Positions 30,325-39,144 of a DNA stretch of 64,000 nt are shown piece after piece. The stretch's first letter is position 1. Each line of letters opens with the position of its first letter. Origin of the DNA: an uncultured Actinomycetes bacterium (GTDB taxonomy: Bacteria; Actinomycetota; Thermoleophilia; Solirubrobacterales; 70-9). The stretch spans positions 94,714 to 158,713 of the forward strand of contig CAVRVU010000002.1 in the NCBI GenBank assembly GCA_963724745.1, given 5' to 3'. The notes under the pieces are model-generated. The model searched no databases. It was given only the letters and a program-made list of their open reading frames with translations, and had not been told where the DNA came from. A program made the position numbers and the translations under genes.

Positions 30325-30468
30325 CAAACGCCTCCTTTTAGGTCCGGCCGGAGTCATATAGCCGAATATCCGACAGCGCGAGCCGACCGCAGAAAAGCCG
30401 GCGTACGCGCTGCCAATAGGCATCGGGGTGCCGATACATGGCGCCTACTCCGGATAATCGACCAAGGG

Positions 30469-31368
30469 TTAGAAGCTGCCGCCAGAGGTTCTCTGGCGCC
30501 ATTTCTCGGCGATATAGGTCACGGTATGAGCTTCCTTGCCCTGGTCGCGACCGTGCCTCTGGGCCTTCCGAACATAGTTCTTAAGCTGCTCGACGTTCGA
30601 AGCCAGGACCTCGACGACCGAATCGAACTGCCCGACGGCGACCGCCGCGGTGAGGAGGTGGATGGAGCCCCTGCACTCCTTCCAACCGGCCACCTCGCGG
30701 AAGACGTCGACGAACTCCGGCTTCTTGCGGTCGCCGAGGGCCTGGATGAAGATCGTGGCCAACCGGTAATCGCGCACCAGGGTCTCGTCGACGACGAAGT
30801 CGCGGTCGACGTACATAGGCAGATCGTCGCGGAGCAAGATGGTCTCGAGGGTCCGCAGAGCCTCGGCCTTGAACAGGTCGTCGGCGTATTCGAGCACGCT
30901 GACGTTCTCGGGGGTGGTGAGCCGGACGACGACGTCATGCCACCCGAAGACGATTCCCGAACGCATCGCCACGCCCCCCAGCCGTTTGTGGAAATGGAGC
31001 CCGTAGGGGTCCGTCGGCCCGGTCAGCAACAGCACGGCCCTGCGCATCGAGATCTTCTCTTCGTGGATCCGCGCGGCGACGGTGGCGGCCAGCCAGTTGC
31101 TCTCATGACCGGTGGCCTGCGACAGCTCGCTCCGCTCCTCCCCGCTGAGGTCCAGGGCCGCGGCGACCTTGAGCAGGGTTCCGCGGCGCACCTGCGGAGG
31201 CTTGCCGCTGCGAGGCTCGATGATGCTCTGGACCCTCTGGTCGTCCAGACCCGCCTCTTTGCTTACCGAGGCCCAGTCCGATCCGTCCATCCCCCGGCTG
31301 CGGAAGCACTCGGCGAGAACATCGCCGACGTCTCGCGGGCCGACGACAGGTGGCTTGGTGGAAGTCAT
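30469..31368 (-). CDS. XRE-type HTH regulator fused to two tandem beta-alpha-beta-beta-alpha-beta (Lrp/AsnC-RAM or ACT-like) small-molecule-binding modules
   Basis: HTH: DWASVSKEAGLDDQRVQSIIEPRSGKPPQVRRGTLLKVAAALDLS. Module 1: RAVLLLTG...HDVVVRLTTPENVSVLEYADDLFKAEALRTLETILL. Module 2: LATIFIQAL...FDSVVEVLASNVEQLKNYVRKA...HTVTYIAEKW. The fold assignment is inferred from the sequence pattern. Confidence 0.6.
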   Translation of the reverse strand: MTSTKPPVVGPRDVGDVLAECFRSRGMDGSDWASVSKEAGLDDQRVQSIIEPRSGKPPQVRRGTLLKVAAALDLSGEERSELSQATGHESNWLAATVAARIHEEKISMRRAVLLLTGPTDPYGLHFHKRLGGVAMRSGIVFGWHDVVVRLTTPENVSVLEYADDLFKAEALRTLETILLRDDLPMYVDRDFVVDETLVRDYRLATIFIQALGDRKKPEFVDVFREVAGWKECRGSIHLLTAAVAVGQFDSVVEVLASNVEQLKNYVRKAQRHGRDQGKEAHTVTYIAEKWRQRTSGGSF

Positions 31369-31462
31369 TCCATTAAATGATATTTACCCCCAAAAGCAAA
31401 GAGCCGTGAGCGTACTCGCGATGATCACGCGCAACGTGCCTTCCGCAGCGGGCGACCGCGGC

Positions 31463-32680
31463 TCACCCGCCAAGGACCAGCCAGGAGTGCTTCGCCTCGT
31501 CGCCGAGCCAGATGCGATTGACGGCGCGCACGTGGAAAGCCTTGCGCCCCGGCCGCAGGCGGGCGTAGCGTTTTGGTGAGGTGCAGGGTCTCCACCTGCC
31601 GAGCTTCTGCGGCACCCGCTCGCCGCTCAGCCGGCAGACGTAGTCGACGCCCTGCGTCTTCGAGTGGAAGCGGAAGACCGCGGATCGCTTCGTCGTCCTC
31701 CGACCCACCGTGGCGGAAAGGTGCGGGCGGGCGGGCGCGACGTCCGGCGAGGCGCCGTACCACTGGGTGACGAACTGACCGTCAGCGGTGAATTTCTGCA
31801 CCCTGGCGCGGCTTTCATACGGGTACGGTTCGGCCCGGTCGGCGACGTAGACGTACCCCGCTGGATCGGTGGCAATCGAGGTCGGGGTGAGGAAGCGGCC
31901 CTGGGCGCGTCCCGGTTTGCCCCATGAGCCGAGGAGTGCACCTTCCGCGCTGAACCTCTGAACGCGGTCGTTGGGGGTGTCGACGACGTAGACCTCGCCG
32001 GCGGCGCTGGCGGCGATCCCGTAGGGATAGACGAACTGGCCGGGACCGGAGCCGTAGCCGCCCCACTTGGTGACGAAGGTGCCATCGGCCGTGAAGGCCT
32101 GGATCCGGTTGCCGTAGGTGTCGGCGACGAAGACGGAGCCGGAGGGGCTGATGTCGAGCCCCCAAATTTCTCCGAACTGCCCGTCTCCACGACCGCCCGC
32201 ACCCCATTTGGACAGCAGAGCCCCTTCGGCGGAGAAGCGCAGGATTTCGTGGGGGCCCGCGAGGTAGACGGATCCGTCGGCGCCGACGGCGAGGTCGCGG
32301 CCACCCGCCGCGCTCCACTGGCGGAGGGTCTCACCGCCGGGGCCCAACACGTAGATCGTGTCCCGCTGCCCATCGGCGACGTAGAGGTTGCCGGCGGCGT
32401 CGGTGGCGATGTCCCGCGGCTCAAACGGATTGCCAGACAGGGCGAAGCTGCCCACGTCCGCCAGCAGCTTGCCGTCGCTGGAGTACTGCTGAACCGAGCC
32501 GCTGTGCAGTGGGTCCGAGAGATACACGTGGCCGGACCCATCGGCCGCCACCGAGAGCGGAATCGGCTGGAAGCCGATCGAGGCGTGCGCCGGCCCAGCC
32601 GCGGCGCCGACGCCCACGGGGCCGGCGAGGGCGACGAAGATCGTGAGCCCGGAGATCGCGATCCGCATAGCGACTGACAT
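31463..32680 (-). CDS. Secreted NHL-repeat six-bladed beta-propeller protein with a C-terminal Cys-pair Ig-like domain
   Basis: Signal peptide IAISGLTIFVALAGPVGVGAAAGPAHA. Repeated GQF..P.GIA.D..G.VYV.D..N.RIQ.F units. C-terminal YVCRLSGE...WRPCTSP. The 812-aa ORF in the track over-extends upstream. Confidence 0.85.
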   Translation of the reverse strand: MSVAMRIAISGLTIFVALAGPVGVGAAAGPAHASIGFQPIPLSVAADGSGHVYLSDPLHSGSVQQYSSDGKLLADVGSFALSGNPFEPRDIATDAAGNLYVADGQRDTIYVLGPGGETLRQWSAAGGRDLAVGADGSVYLAGPHEILRFSAEGALLSKWGAGGRGDGQFGEIWGLDISPSGSVFVADTYGNRIQAFTADGTFVTKWGGYGSGPGQFVYPYGIAASAAGEVYVVDTPNDRVQRFSAEGALLGSWGKPGRAQGRFLTPTSIATDPAGYVYVADRAEPYPYESRARVQKFTADGQFVTQWYGASPDVAPARPHLSATVGRRTTKRSAVFRFHSKTQGVDYVCRLSGERVPQKLGRWRPCTSPKRYARLRPGRKAFHVRAVNRIWLGDEAKHSWLVLGG

Positions 32681-32764
32681 CAGGTCAGATCGTAAACGCA
32701 CGATCACACCTCGACCACCATCACCTCGTCCCCCCGAGCGCGCCACCTGTTGGAGAATCGCCCG

Positions 32765-34018
32765 ATGGCGTCCGGCCCCGAATTCGACCTCAGCGCGAAA
32801 CAGGCGCGGCGCCTCGCGATTGCCGCGCAGGGCCTGGCGCGGCCGCGGCCGAACGGGCGGGTGGACGCCAGGCACCTGCGGCGGGCAATCGACGACGTCG
32901 GTCTCCTGCAGCTCGACTCGGTCAACGTCCTCTGCCGCTCCCACTACATGCCGGTCTTCTCGCGCCTCGGTCCTTATCCGCGGGCAGCCCTGGACCGGCT
33001 GGCATGGCACGGCGACGGGGGAGGCGCGAAACCCGGGCGGGCGGGGCGCCGGGACCTGGTCGAGTACTGGGGCCACGAGGCCTCGCTGCTGCCGGTCGAG
33101 TTGCAGCCGCTGCTGCGCTGGCGGATGGCGCGGGCCGACGCGCTGGCCTGGAAAGGCGTGGCGCGGGTGGCAGCCGAGCAGCCGAAGCTGCTCGAGTTCG
33201 TCCTCGACGTGGTGCGGGAGCGCGGGCCGATCCGGGCCTCGGAGCTGGCGGCCAAGGGGCGGCGGCGGGAGCCGCGGGAGATGTGGAGCTGGAGCGAAGA
33301 GAAGACCGCGCTCGAGTACCTGTTCTTCGCCGGGCGGGTGTGCGCGGCGCGGCGGGTCAACTTCGAGCGGCTCTACGACCTGCCCGAGCGGGTCCTGCCG
33401 CAGTCGGTCCTCGAGACGCCGACGCCCACGCAGGAGGAGGCGCAGCGGCAACTGCTCCTGATCGCGGCCAGGCGGCTGGGGGCGGCGACCGAGGCCGACC
33501 TCGGCGACTACTTCCGCCTCCCCCGCGCCGAGTCGAAGGCCCGAGTCGCCGAGCTGACCGAGGACGGCGGCCTCGTGCCGGTCCGGGTCGAGGCCTGGCG
33601 ACAGCCGGCCTACCTCTCGACCGAGCGACCGGCGGGCCTGCGCCGCGCCGCGTCGGCCCGTGCCCTGCTGACCCCGTTCGATTCCCTGGTCTGGGCGCGC
33701 GAGCGGACCGAGCGCATCTTCGACTTCCGCTACCGGATCGAGATCTACGCGCCGGCGCCGAAGCGCGTCTACGGCTACTACGTCCTCCCCTTCCTCCTCG
33801 GCGACCGCCTGGTCGCCCGGGTCGACCTCAAAAGCGACCGGCAGGCGGGCGTCCTCCGCGTTCGCGGCGCCTTCGCCGAGCCGCACGCCGACCCCGCCCA
33901 CGTCGCCGCGGAGCTGGCCGCCGAACTACGGCTGCTCAGCGCCTGGCTCGAGCTCGACAGCGTCTCGGTGGCGCGCAAAGGGGACCTCGCGACGGCGCTG
34001 CGCAAGGCGCTCGCCTGA
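32765..34018 (+). CDS. YcaQ/AlkZ-like winged-helix protein (DNA interstrand-crosslink glycosylase family, DUF1006)
   Basis: LSAKQARRLAIAAQGL...VGLLQLDSVNVL.RSHYMPVFSRLG...FDFRYRIEIYAPAPKRVYGYYVLPFLLGDRLVARVDLK matches my recollection of the family. A TTG at 32750 is an alternative start. Confidence 0.75.
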   Translation: MASGPEFDLSAKQARRLAIAAQGLARPRPNGRVDARHLRRAIDDVGLLQLDSVNVLCRSHYMPVFSRLGPYPRAALDRLAWHGDGGGAKPGRAGRRDLVEYWGHEASLLPVELQPLLRWRMARADALAWKGVARVAAEQPKLLEFVLDVVRERGPIRASELAAKGRRREPREMWSWSEEKTALEYLFFAGRVCAARRVNFERLYDLPERVLPQSVLETPTPTQEEAQRQLLLIAARRLGAATEADLGDYFRLPRAESKARVAELTEDGGLVPVRVEAWRQPAYLSTERPAGLRRAASARALLTPFDSLVWARERTERIFDFRYRIEIYAPAPKRVYGYYVLPFLLGDRLVARVDLKSDRQAGVLRVRGAFAEPHADPAHVAAELAAELRLLSAWLELDSVSVARKGDLATALRKALA

Positions 34019-34078
34019 GCGGAGCGGAACTCTCGGATTATTTGCAAGCGCGGACGGGGAAAGTTAGGGTCGGCTCCC

Positions 34079-34843
34079 ATGGGAACCGACCCGGCGCTGG
34101 CGGCTTACGAGGCTTTCGCCGCCGTCTACAACGACTTCACCCACTCGAACGACTACGAGATGTGGCTCGGCCAGGCGCTGCTTCCCGAGCTTCGCAAGCA
34201 CGGTCTACGGGAAGGCGGCAGCGCCCTGGACGTTGGCTGCGGGACCGGCCGAGCATTTCAGCCGCTTCTGCAGAGGGGATGGCAGGTGCAGGGATGCGAT
34301 CTCTCGCCGGCCATGCTGGAGCTCGCCGCCCAGGAGGGAGGCGACTCGGTGCCGCTGCAGGTCGCGGACATGCGGGAGCTGCCCCGTCTAGGCGGCTTCG
34401 ACCTCGTCCTCTCGCTCAACGACTCCGTCAACTACCTGCTCGGCGACGATGACCTCGTCGTTGCGCTTGCCGGAATGAAGGCGAACCTGGCGGAGGACGG
34501 CCTCCTCCTCTTCGACGTCAATTCCAGCTCGACGTACGCGACCGGATACGCCGAAACGCGAGAGGTCGAGCACGACGGCTCGCGCTGGACCTGGACGGGC
34601 CGGGGCGAAGTCGCGCCGTCGGTCTTCGAAGCCGAGATCAGCGGCGATCGGATCGAGCCGATCAGCCATGTCGAGCGCCTCCGGCCCGAAGCGGAGGTGC
34701 TGGAGGCAATGCGAGCCGCTGGACTCCAACCGCTGGCCACCTATGGCATGAGCGAGGCCGACGGGCAGGTCGTACTGGCCACGCCGGATGAACAACGCGA
34801 TTACAAGCTCATCTTCATCGGCGCCGCCACTTCGGCCGGCTGA
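34079..34843 (+). CDS. Class I SAM-dependent methyltransferase
   Basis: ALDVGCGTGRAFQPLLQRGWQVQGCDLSPAML (motif I plus acidic loop). Confidence 0.85.
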   Translation: MGTDPALAAYEAFAAVYNDFTHSNDYEMWLGQALLPELRKHGLREGGSALDVGCGTGRAFQPLLQRGWQVQGCDLSPAMLELAAQEGGDSVPLQVADMRELPRLGGFDLVLSLNDSVNYLLGDDDLVVALAGMKANLAEDGLLLFDVNSSSTYATGYAETREVEHDGSRWTWTGRGEVAPSVFEAEISGDRIEPISHVERLRPEAEVLEAMRAAGLQPLATYGMSEADGQVVLATPDEQRDYKLIFIGAATSAG

Positions 34844-34866
34844 GCTAGGGCTAGGCTAGGCAGCAA

Positions 34867-35256
34867 GTGTCCAAGCCGACCCTCATTCGCGATCGCGCCG
34901 AGAACACCCAGGTCGTGCTCGTCGTCATCGTTCCCCTCCTCTTCGGCGCGGGCGTCGGCGTCGTCCTCGGTATCTCGGCGGGCTTCTACTGGGCCCTCAT
35001 CGCCGTCGCCACCCTCGCCGCCCTGCTGTCGGGCCTCGAGCACGGCGAGGTCCAGGAGGCCGCCGAACGCGGCGCCGTCGCCGGAGCGGCATTCGGCCTC
35101 GGCATCCTCGCCGCGCATCAGCTGGCCGGCACCGACGCCAAGGTCTCCCTCGGCAGCGTTCCGGCGTTCCTGATCGTCATCGACGCGTTCGCGGGCGCGC
35201 TGCTGGCAGCGCTGGGATGCCGGCTCGGCAGGCGCAGGAGCGCCGCCCGCGCCTGA
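34867..35256 (+). CDS. Small integral membrane protein (3-4 TM)
   Basis: Hydrophobic segments VVLVVIVPLLFGAGVGVVLGI, ALIAVATLAALLSGL and AFLIVIDAFAGALLAAL. High GC3. Confidence 0.6.
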   Translation: MSKPTLIRDRAENTQVVLVVIVPLLFGAGVGVVLGISAGFYWALIAVATLAALLSGLEHGEVQEAAERGAVAGAAFGLGILAAHQLAGTDAKVSLGSVPAFLIVIDAFAGALLAALGCRLGRRRSAARA

Positions 35257-35257
35257 C

Positions 35258-36365
35258 CTAGGCGAACTCGATGACGCTGCGGATCCCGTCCTGGGCCTCC
35301 ATCAGCTCGAAGCCGCGGTTGACCTCGTCGAGCCCGATCCGGTGGGTGACGAACGGCTCGAGGTCGATCTCCCCGGCCAGGTAGCGGTCGACGAGGGCGG
35401 GGACCTGGTCGCGGCCCTTGACGCCGCCGAAGGAGGAGCCGGCGATGCGGCGGCCGGTGATCAGCAGGCGCGGGACGACGTCGAGGGTCTCCCCCCTGCC
35501 GGCGACTCCGGCGACGGTGCAGAGCCCCCAGCCCATCCGCGCCGCCTCGACCGCCTGGCGCATCACCGCGACGTTGCCGGTCGCCTCGAAGGTGTAATCG
35601 GCGCCGAAGCCGCCGGTCATCTCGAGGATCCGCTCGACCGTCCCCTCGCCGCCCTCGAGCAGGTCAGTCGCGCCCTGGCCGCGGGCCAGCTCGAGCCGCT
35701 GCGGCGAGAGGTCGACGCAGATGATCCGCTCGGCTCCCTGCAGGCGGCAGCCGGCGACCGCGCCGAGCCCGACCATGCCGGCGCCGAAGACGGCGCAGGT
35801 GCTGCCGGGCCGCACGGCGGCGGTGTTGATCGCGGCGCCGAGCCCGGTCGAGAGCCCGCAGGCGAAGAGGCAGGCGTGCTCGAACGGGGCCTCCGGGCTC
35901 ACCTTCGCCAGCGCGATCTCCGGCATCACCGTGTACTCGGCGAAGGTCGAGCAGCCCATGAAGCTGCGGATCTCCTCCCCGTCGCGTGAGATCCGCGTCG
36001 TGCCGTCGGGCAGGTGGCCCTTGTTCTGCTCCTCGCGGATCGCCAGGCAGAGGTTGGTGCGCGGGTCGAGGCAGTGGACGCACTCGCGGCACTGGGGCGA
36101 GAAGAGGGTGACGACGTGGTCGCCCGGCGCCAGCGCGGCGACGTCCGGCGCCGACCGCCTCGACGACGCCGGCGCCCTCGTGGCCGAGCACGGTCGGCGC
36201 GTAGCCGGACGGGTCGGCGCCGGAGGCGGTGTAGAGGTCGGTGTGACAGACACCGCAGGCGTACAGGCGGACCAGCACCTCCCCGGCCCGCGGCTCGGCC
36301 AGCTCCACCTCCTGCACCGCGAGCGGCTCGCCGAACTCCTCCAGCACCGCGGCGCGCATCTTCAT
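35258..36365 (-). pseudogene. Zn-dependent alcohol dehydrogenase (class III / mycothiol-dependent formaldehyde dehydrogenase-like), frameshifted as assembled (about 36146-36153)
   Basis: N-terminal part GVCHTDLY...GHEGAGVVEAVG is in ORF 35664..36365. The continuation PDVAALAPGDHVV...CRECVHCLDPRTNLC...GAGMVGLG is in ORF 35258..36253. Confidence 0.85.
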
Positions 36366-36390
36366 CGCGCCAGGGTAACCCCTGCTCTGT

Positions 36391-38384
36391 TCAGACCTCG
36401 ACCAGCGAGCCCATGATCACCGTGCGCTCGCGCGGGCAGGGCGAAGTAGTCGGCGGCGTCGGCGGTGACGTGGGAGCGTGGCGAGGAAGAGGCGCTTGCG
36501 CCATCGCGCTCATGCCCGGAGCGTCGCCGGGGCGCAGCTCGATCGTCGAGAGGAAGTAGGAAGCCTCGTCGACCTCGAGCGGGCACTCAGCCCGGCGCCC
36601 GCGGCCTCGCGCAGCGCCGCCGGGACGTCGGGCTGCTCCAGGTAGCCGAAGCGGGCGGTGACGATGGCTGATGCCGTCGTCGCCGTAGCCGAGGTCGTCG
36701 ACCGCGAGGCGCTCGCCGGCGGCGACGCTGGGGCATCGGCAGCGTCTCGATCGAGAGGATGACGACGTGTTCGTGGAGGATCTGGTTGTGCTCGACGTTG
36801 GCGCGCATCGCCAGCGGCGTCGTCGCCTTGCTGCGGTTGAGGAAGACGGCGGTGCCCGGGGACGCGCCGCAGCGGCTGCCGGCGGCCGTGCAGCTCGTCG
36901 ACGAAGTCCGCAGGCGAGCCTTCCTGCGCGCTCGCGCCGCTCGGTCACCAGCTGCCGGCCCTGCTGCCAGGTGGTCAGCACGGTGAAGACCGCGAGGCCG
37001 ACGAGGAGCGGCAGCCAGGCGCCGTGGAGGAGCTTGGTCAGGTTCGCGGCCAGGAAGAGCAGGTCGACGGTCAGGAAGGCGCCCGCAGCCGCGATCACCA
37101 GCCAGAGCGGCTTTCTCCACTGGTGGCGGACGACGTAGAAGAACAGCAGGGTCGTGATCGTGATCGTCCCGGTCACCGCCATGCCGTAGGCGAAGGCGAG
37201 CGCGGCCGAGGTGCTGGAAGGCAAAGACCAGGGTCAGCACCGCAGCCATCAGCAGCCAGTTGATCCAGGGGACGTAGATCTGCCCGATCGACTTCGCCGA
37301 GGTGTGGACGATCCGCAGCCGCGGCAGGTAGCCGAGCTGCACCGCCTGATGGGCGACCGAGAAGGCGCCGGTGATCACGGCCTGGGAGGCGATCACCGTC
37401 GGCGACGGTCGCGAGGAAGACCATCGGCACCCGCCCCCAGTGCGGGACCAGCAGGAAGAACGGGTGCCGGTGCCGCCGCCGGGGTGGTCGAGGAGCAGCG
37501 CGCCCTGGCCCATGTAGTTGAGGATCAGTGCCGGGAAGACGAGCAGCAGCCAGGCGCGTGGTGATCGGCGCGCCGGCCGAAGTGGCCCATGTCGGCGTAG
37601 AGCGCCTCGGCGCCGGTGATCGCCAGCACGACCGCGGCGAGCGCGAAGAACGCGGTCGCCGAAGTGGCCGACGAGGAACTCGACCGCGTAGGTCGGGCGA
37701 GAGCGCCGCGAGGATCTGCGGGTGCGTCGGCGATGCCCGAGATCCCGCAGGCGGCGATGACGAGGAACCAGACGACCATCACCGGGCCGAAGAGGCGGCC
37801 GACCGCCGCCGTCCCGTAGGCGCTGCGAGGCGAAGAGGAGGACGATGATCGCCGCCGTGATCGGCACGACGAGGTCGTCCCGAGCGACGGCTGCGACCAC
37901 CTTCAGCCCTTCGACCGCCGAGAGCACCGAGATCGCCGGAGTGATCATGCTGTCGCCGAAGAAGAGCGAGGCGCCGAAGATCCCGAGCGCCGCCAGCGAC
38001 GACCTTGGTCCGCCGCGCCGCCCGCGCCGCCGCGCCGGATCAGCGTGATCAGCGCCATGATCCCGCCCTCGCCCTCGTTGTCGGCGCGCATCACCAGCAG
38101 GACGTACTTGAGCGTGACGACGATCGTCACCGCCCAGAAGATCAGCGAGATCACGCCGTAGACGCTCGCGCGCGTCTCCGCCACCGGATGCGGGATCGGT
38201 CGGGGTTGAAGACCGCCTGCACCGCGTACAGCGGGCTGGTGCCGATGTCGCCGAAGACGACGCCGAGCGCGCCCAGGGTCAGTGCCGCCTGCGCCTTGGT
38301 GCGGGTGGGCACACGCCGTCGCGGCGAGCGCCTGCTCGGCGAGGGCTCGAGGCGGGGACGCTCTTCGACAGCCGGAACGGACAC
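36391..38384 (-). pseudogene. kup: Kup/HAK/KT potassium uptake transporter, interrupted by at least a dozen frame changes
   Basis: Family segments are scattered over all three minus frames. Examples: [184 protein letters not shown]..., AFAYGMAVTGTITITT..., NRSKATTPLAMRANVEHNQILHEHVVILSIET, SHVTADAADYFALP, RERTVIMGSLVEV. Confidence 0.85.
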
Positions 38385-38463
38385 ACCGCGATCATGCGCC
38401 CGCGCCCGTCAAGGCCGCGTGAAGAGAGACCGCCGGCGCATACAGATTTCGTGAAGATCCGGC

Positions 38464-39144
38464 TCAGGCGGCGAAGCGGTAGCCGACGCCCGGGTCGGTC
38501 CGGATGAAGACGTGCTCGCCCACCGGCTCGATCTTGCGCCGCAGGTTGGCGACGTGGGCACGGAGCACCTGCAGGTCGTCTTCGTACTCCACCCCCCACA
38601 CCTCGACCAGCAGCGCGCGGTGGGTCAGCAGGCGCCCCCGGTTGCGAACGAGGACGCGGAGCAGCTCGAACTCGGTCGGCGTCAGGTGGACCTCCTCGCC
38701 CTCGCGGCGCACGCGGCGGGCGGCGAGGTCGACCTCGAGGCCGTCGACCTCGATCGCCGGCTCCTCGGCCTCCGGCCGCGCCCGTCGCAGGGCCGCTTCC
38801 AGCCGCGCCACCAGCTCTCGCGGCCCGAATGGCTTGGTCACGTAGTCGTCGGCACCGGCCGCCAGGGCCTCCACCTTCTTGTCCTCGTCGCCGATCGCCG
38901 AAAGCACGACGATCGGCATCTCGCTCCACTCACGGATCCGCCGCGTCACCTCGACGCCATCGAGGTCGGGAAGCATCAGGTCGAGGACCGCTGCCTGCGG
39001 CGGGCGCACCGCCACCAGGTCAAGTGCCTCCTCGCCGCTGCCGGCGGGAACCGCCTCGAAGCCGGCGTCGCGGAGGATCACCCGCAGCGCCCTGACGATC
39101 TGCGGCTCGTCGTCGCAGACGAGAATTCGGCGCCTCTCGTTCAT
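38464..39144 (-). CDS. OmpR-family response regulator, KdpE-like
   Basis: ILVCDDEPQIVRAL...VLDLMLPDLDG...ADDYVTKPF. wHTH LTPTEFELLRVL...DPGVGYRF. 4-nt overlap with the upstream kinase. Confidence 0.85.
   Translation of the reverse strand: MNERRRILVCDDEPQIVRALRVILRDAGFEAVPAGSGEEALDLVAVRPPQAAVLDLMLPDLDGVEVTRRIREWSEMPIVVLSAIGDEDKKVEALAAGADDYVTKPFGPRELVARLEAALRRARPEAEEPAIEVDGLEVDLAARRVRREGEEVHLTPTEFELLRVLVRNRGRLLTHRALLVEVWGVEYEDDLQVLRAHVANLRRKIEPVGEHVFIRTDPGVGYRFAA

Noticed and set aside
31463-33901. 812-aa ORF as one gene
   Set aside because: Only the C-terminal ~406 codons (from the ATG at 32680) form the NHL protein with a signal peptide. The upstream part is antisense to the well-supported YcaQ-like gene at 32765..34018.
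38385-38463. A riboswitch or leader upstream of kup
   Set aside because: Only 79 nt separate the kup start from the upstream gene stop. No recognisable aptamer motifs are present.
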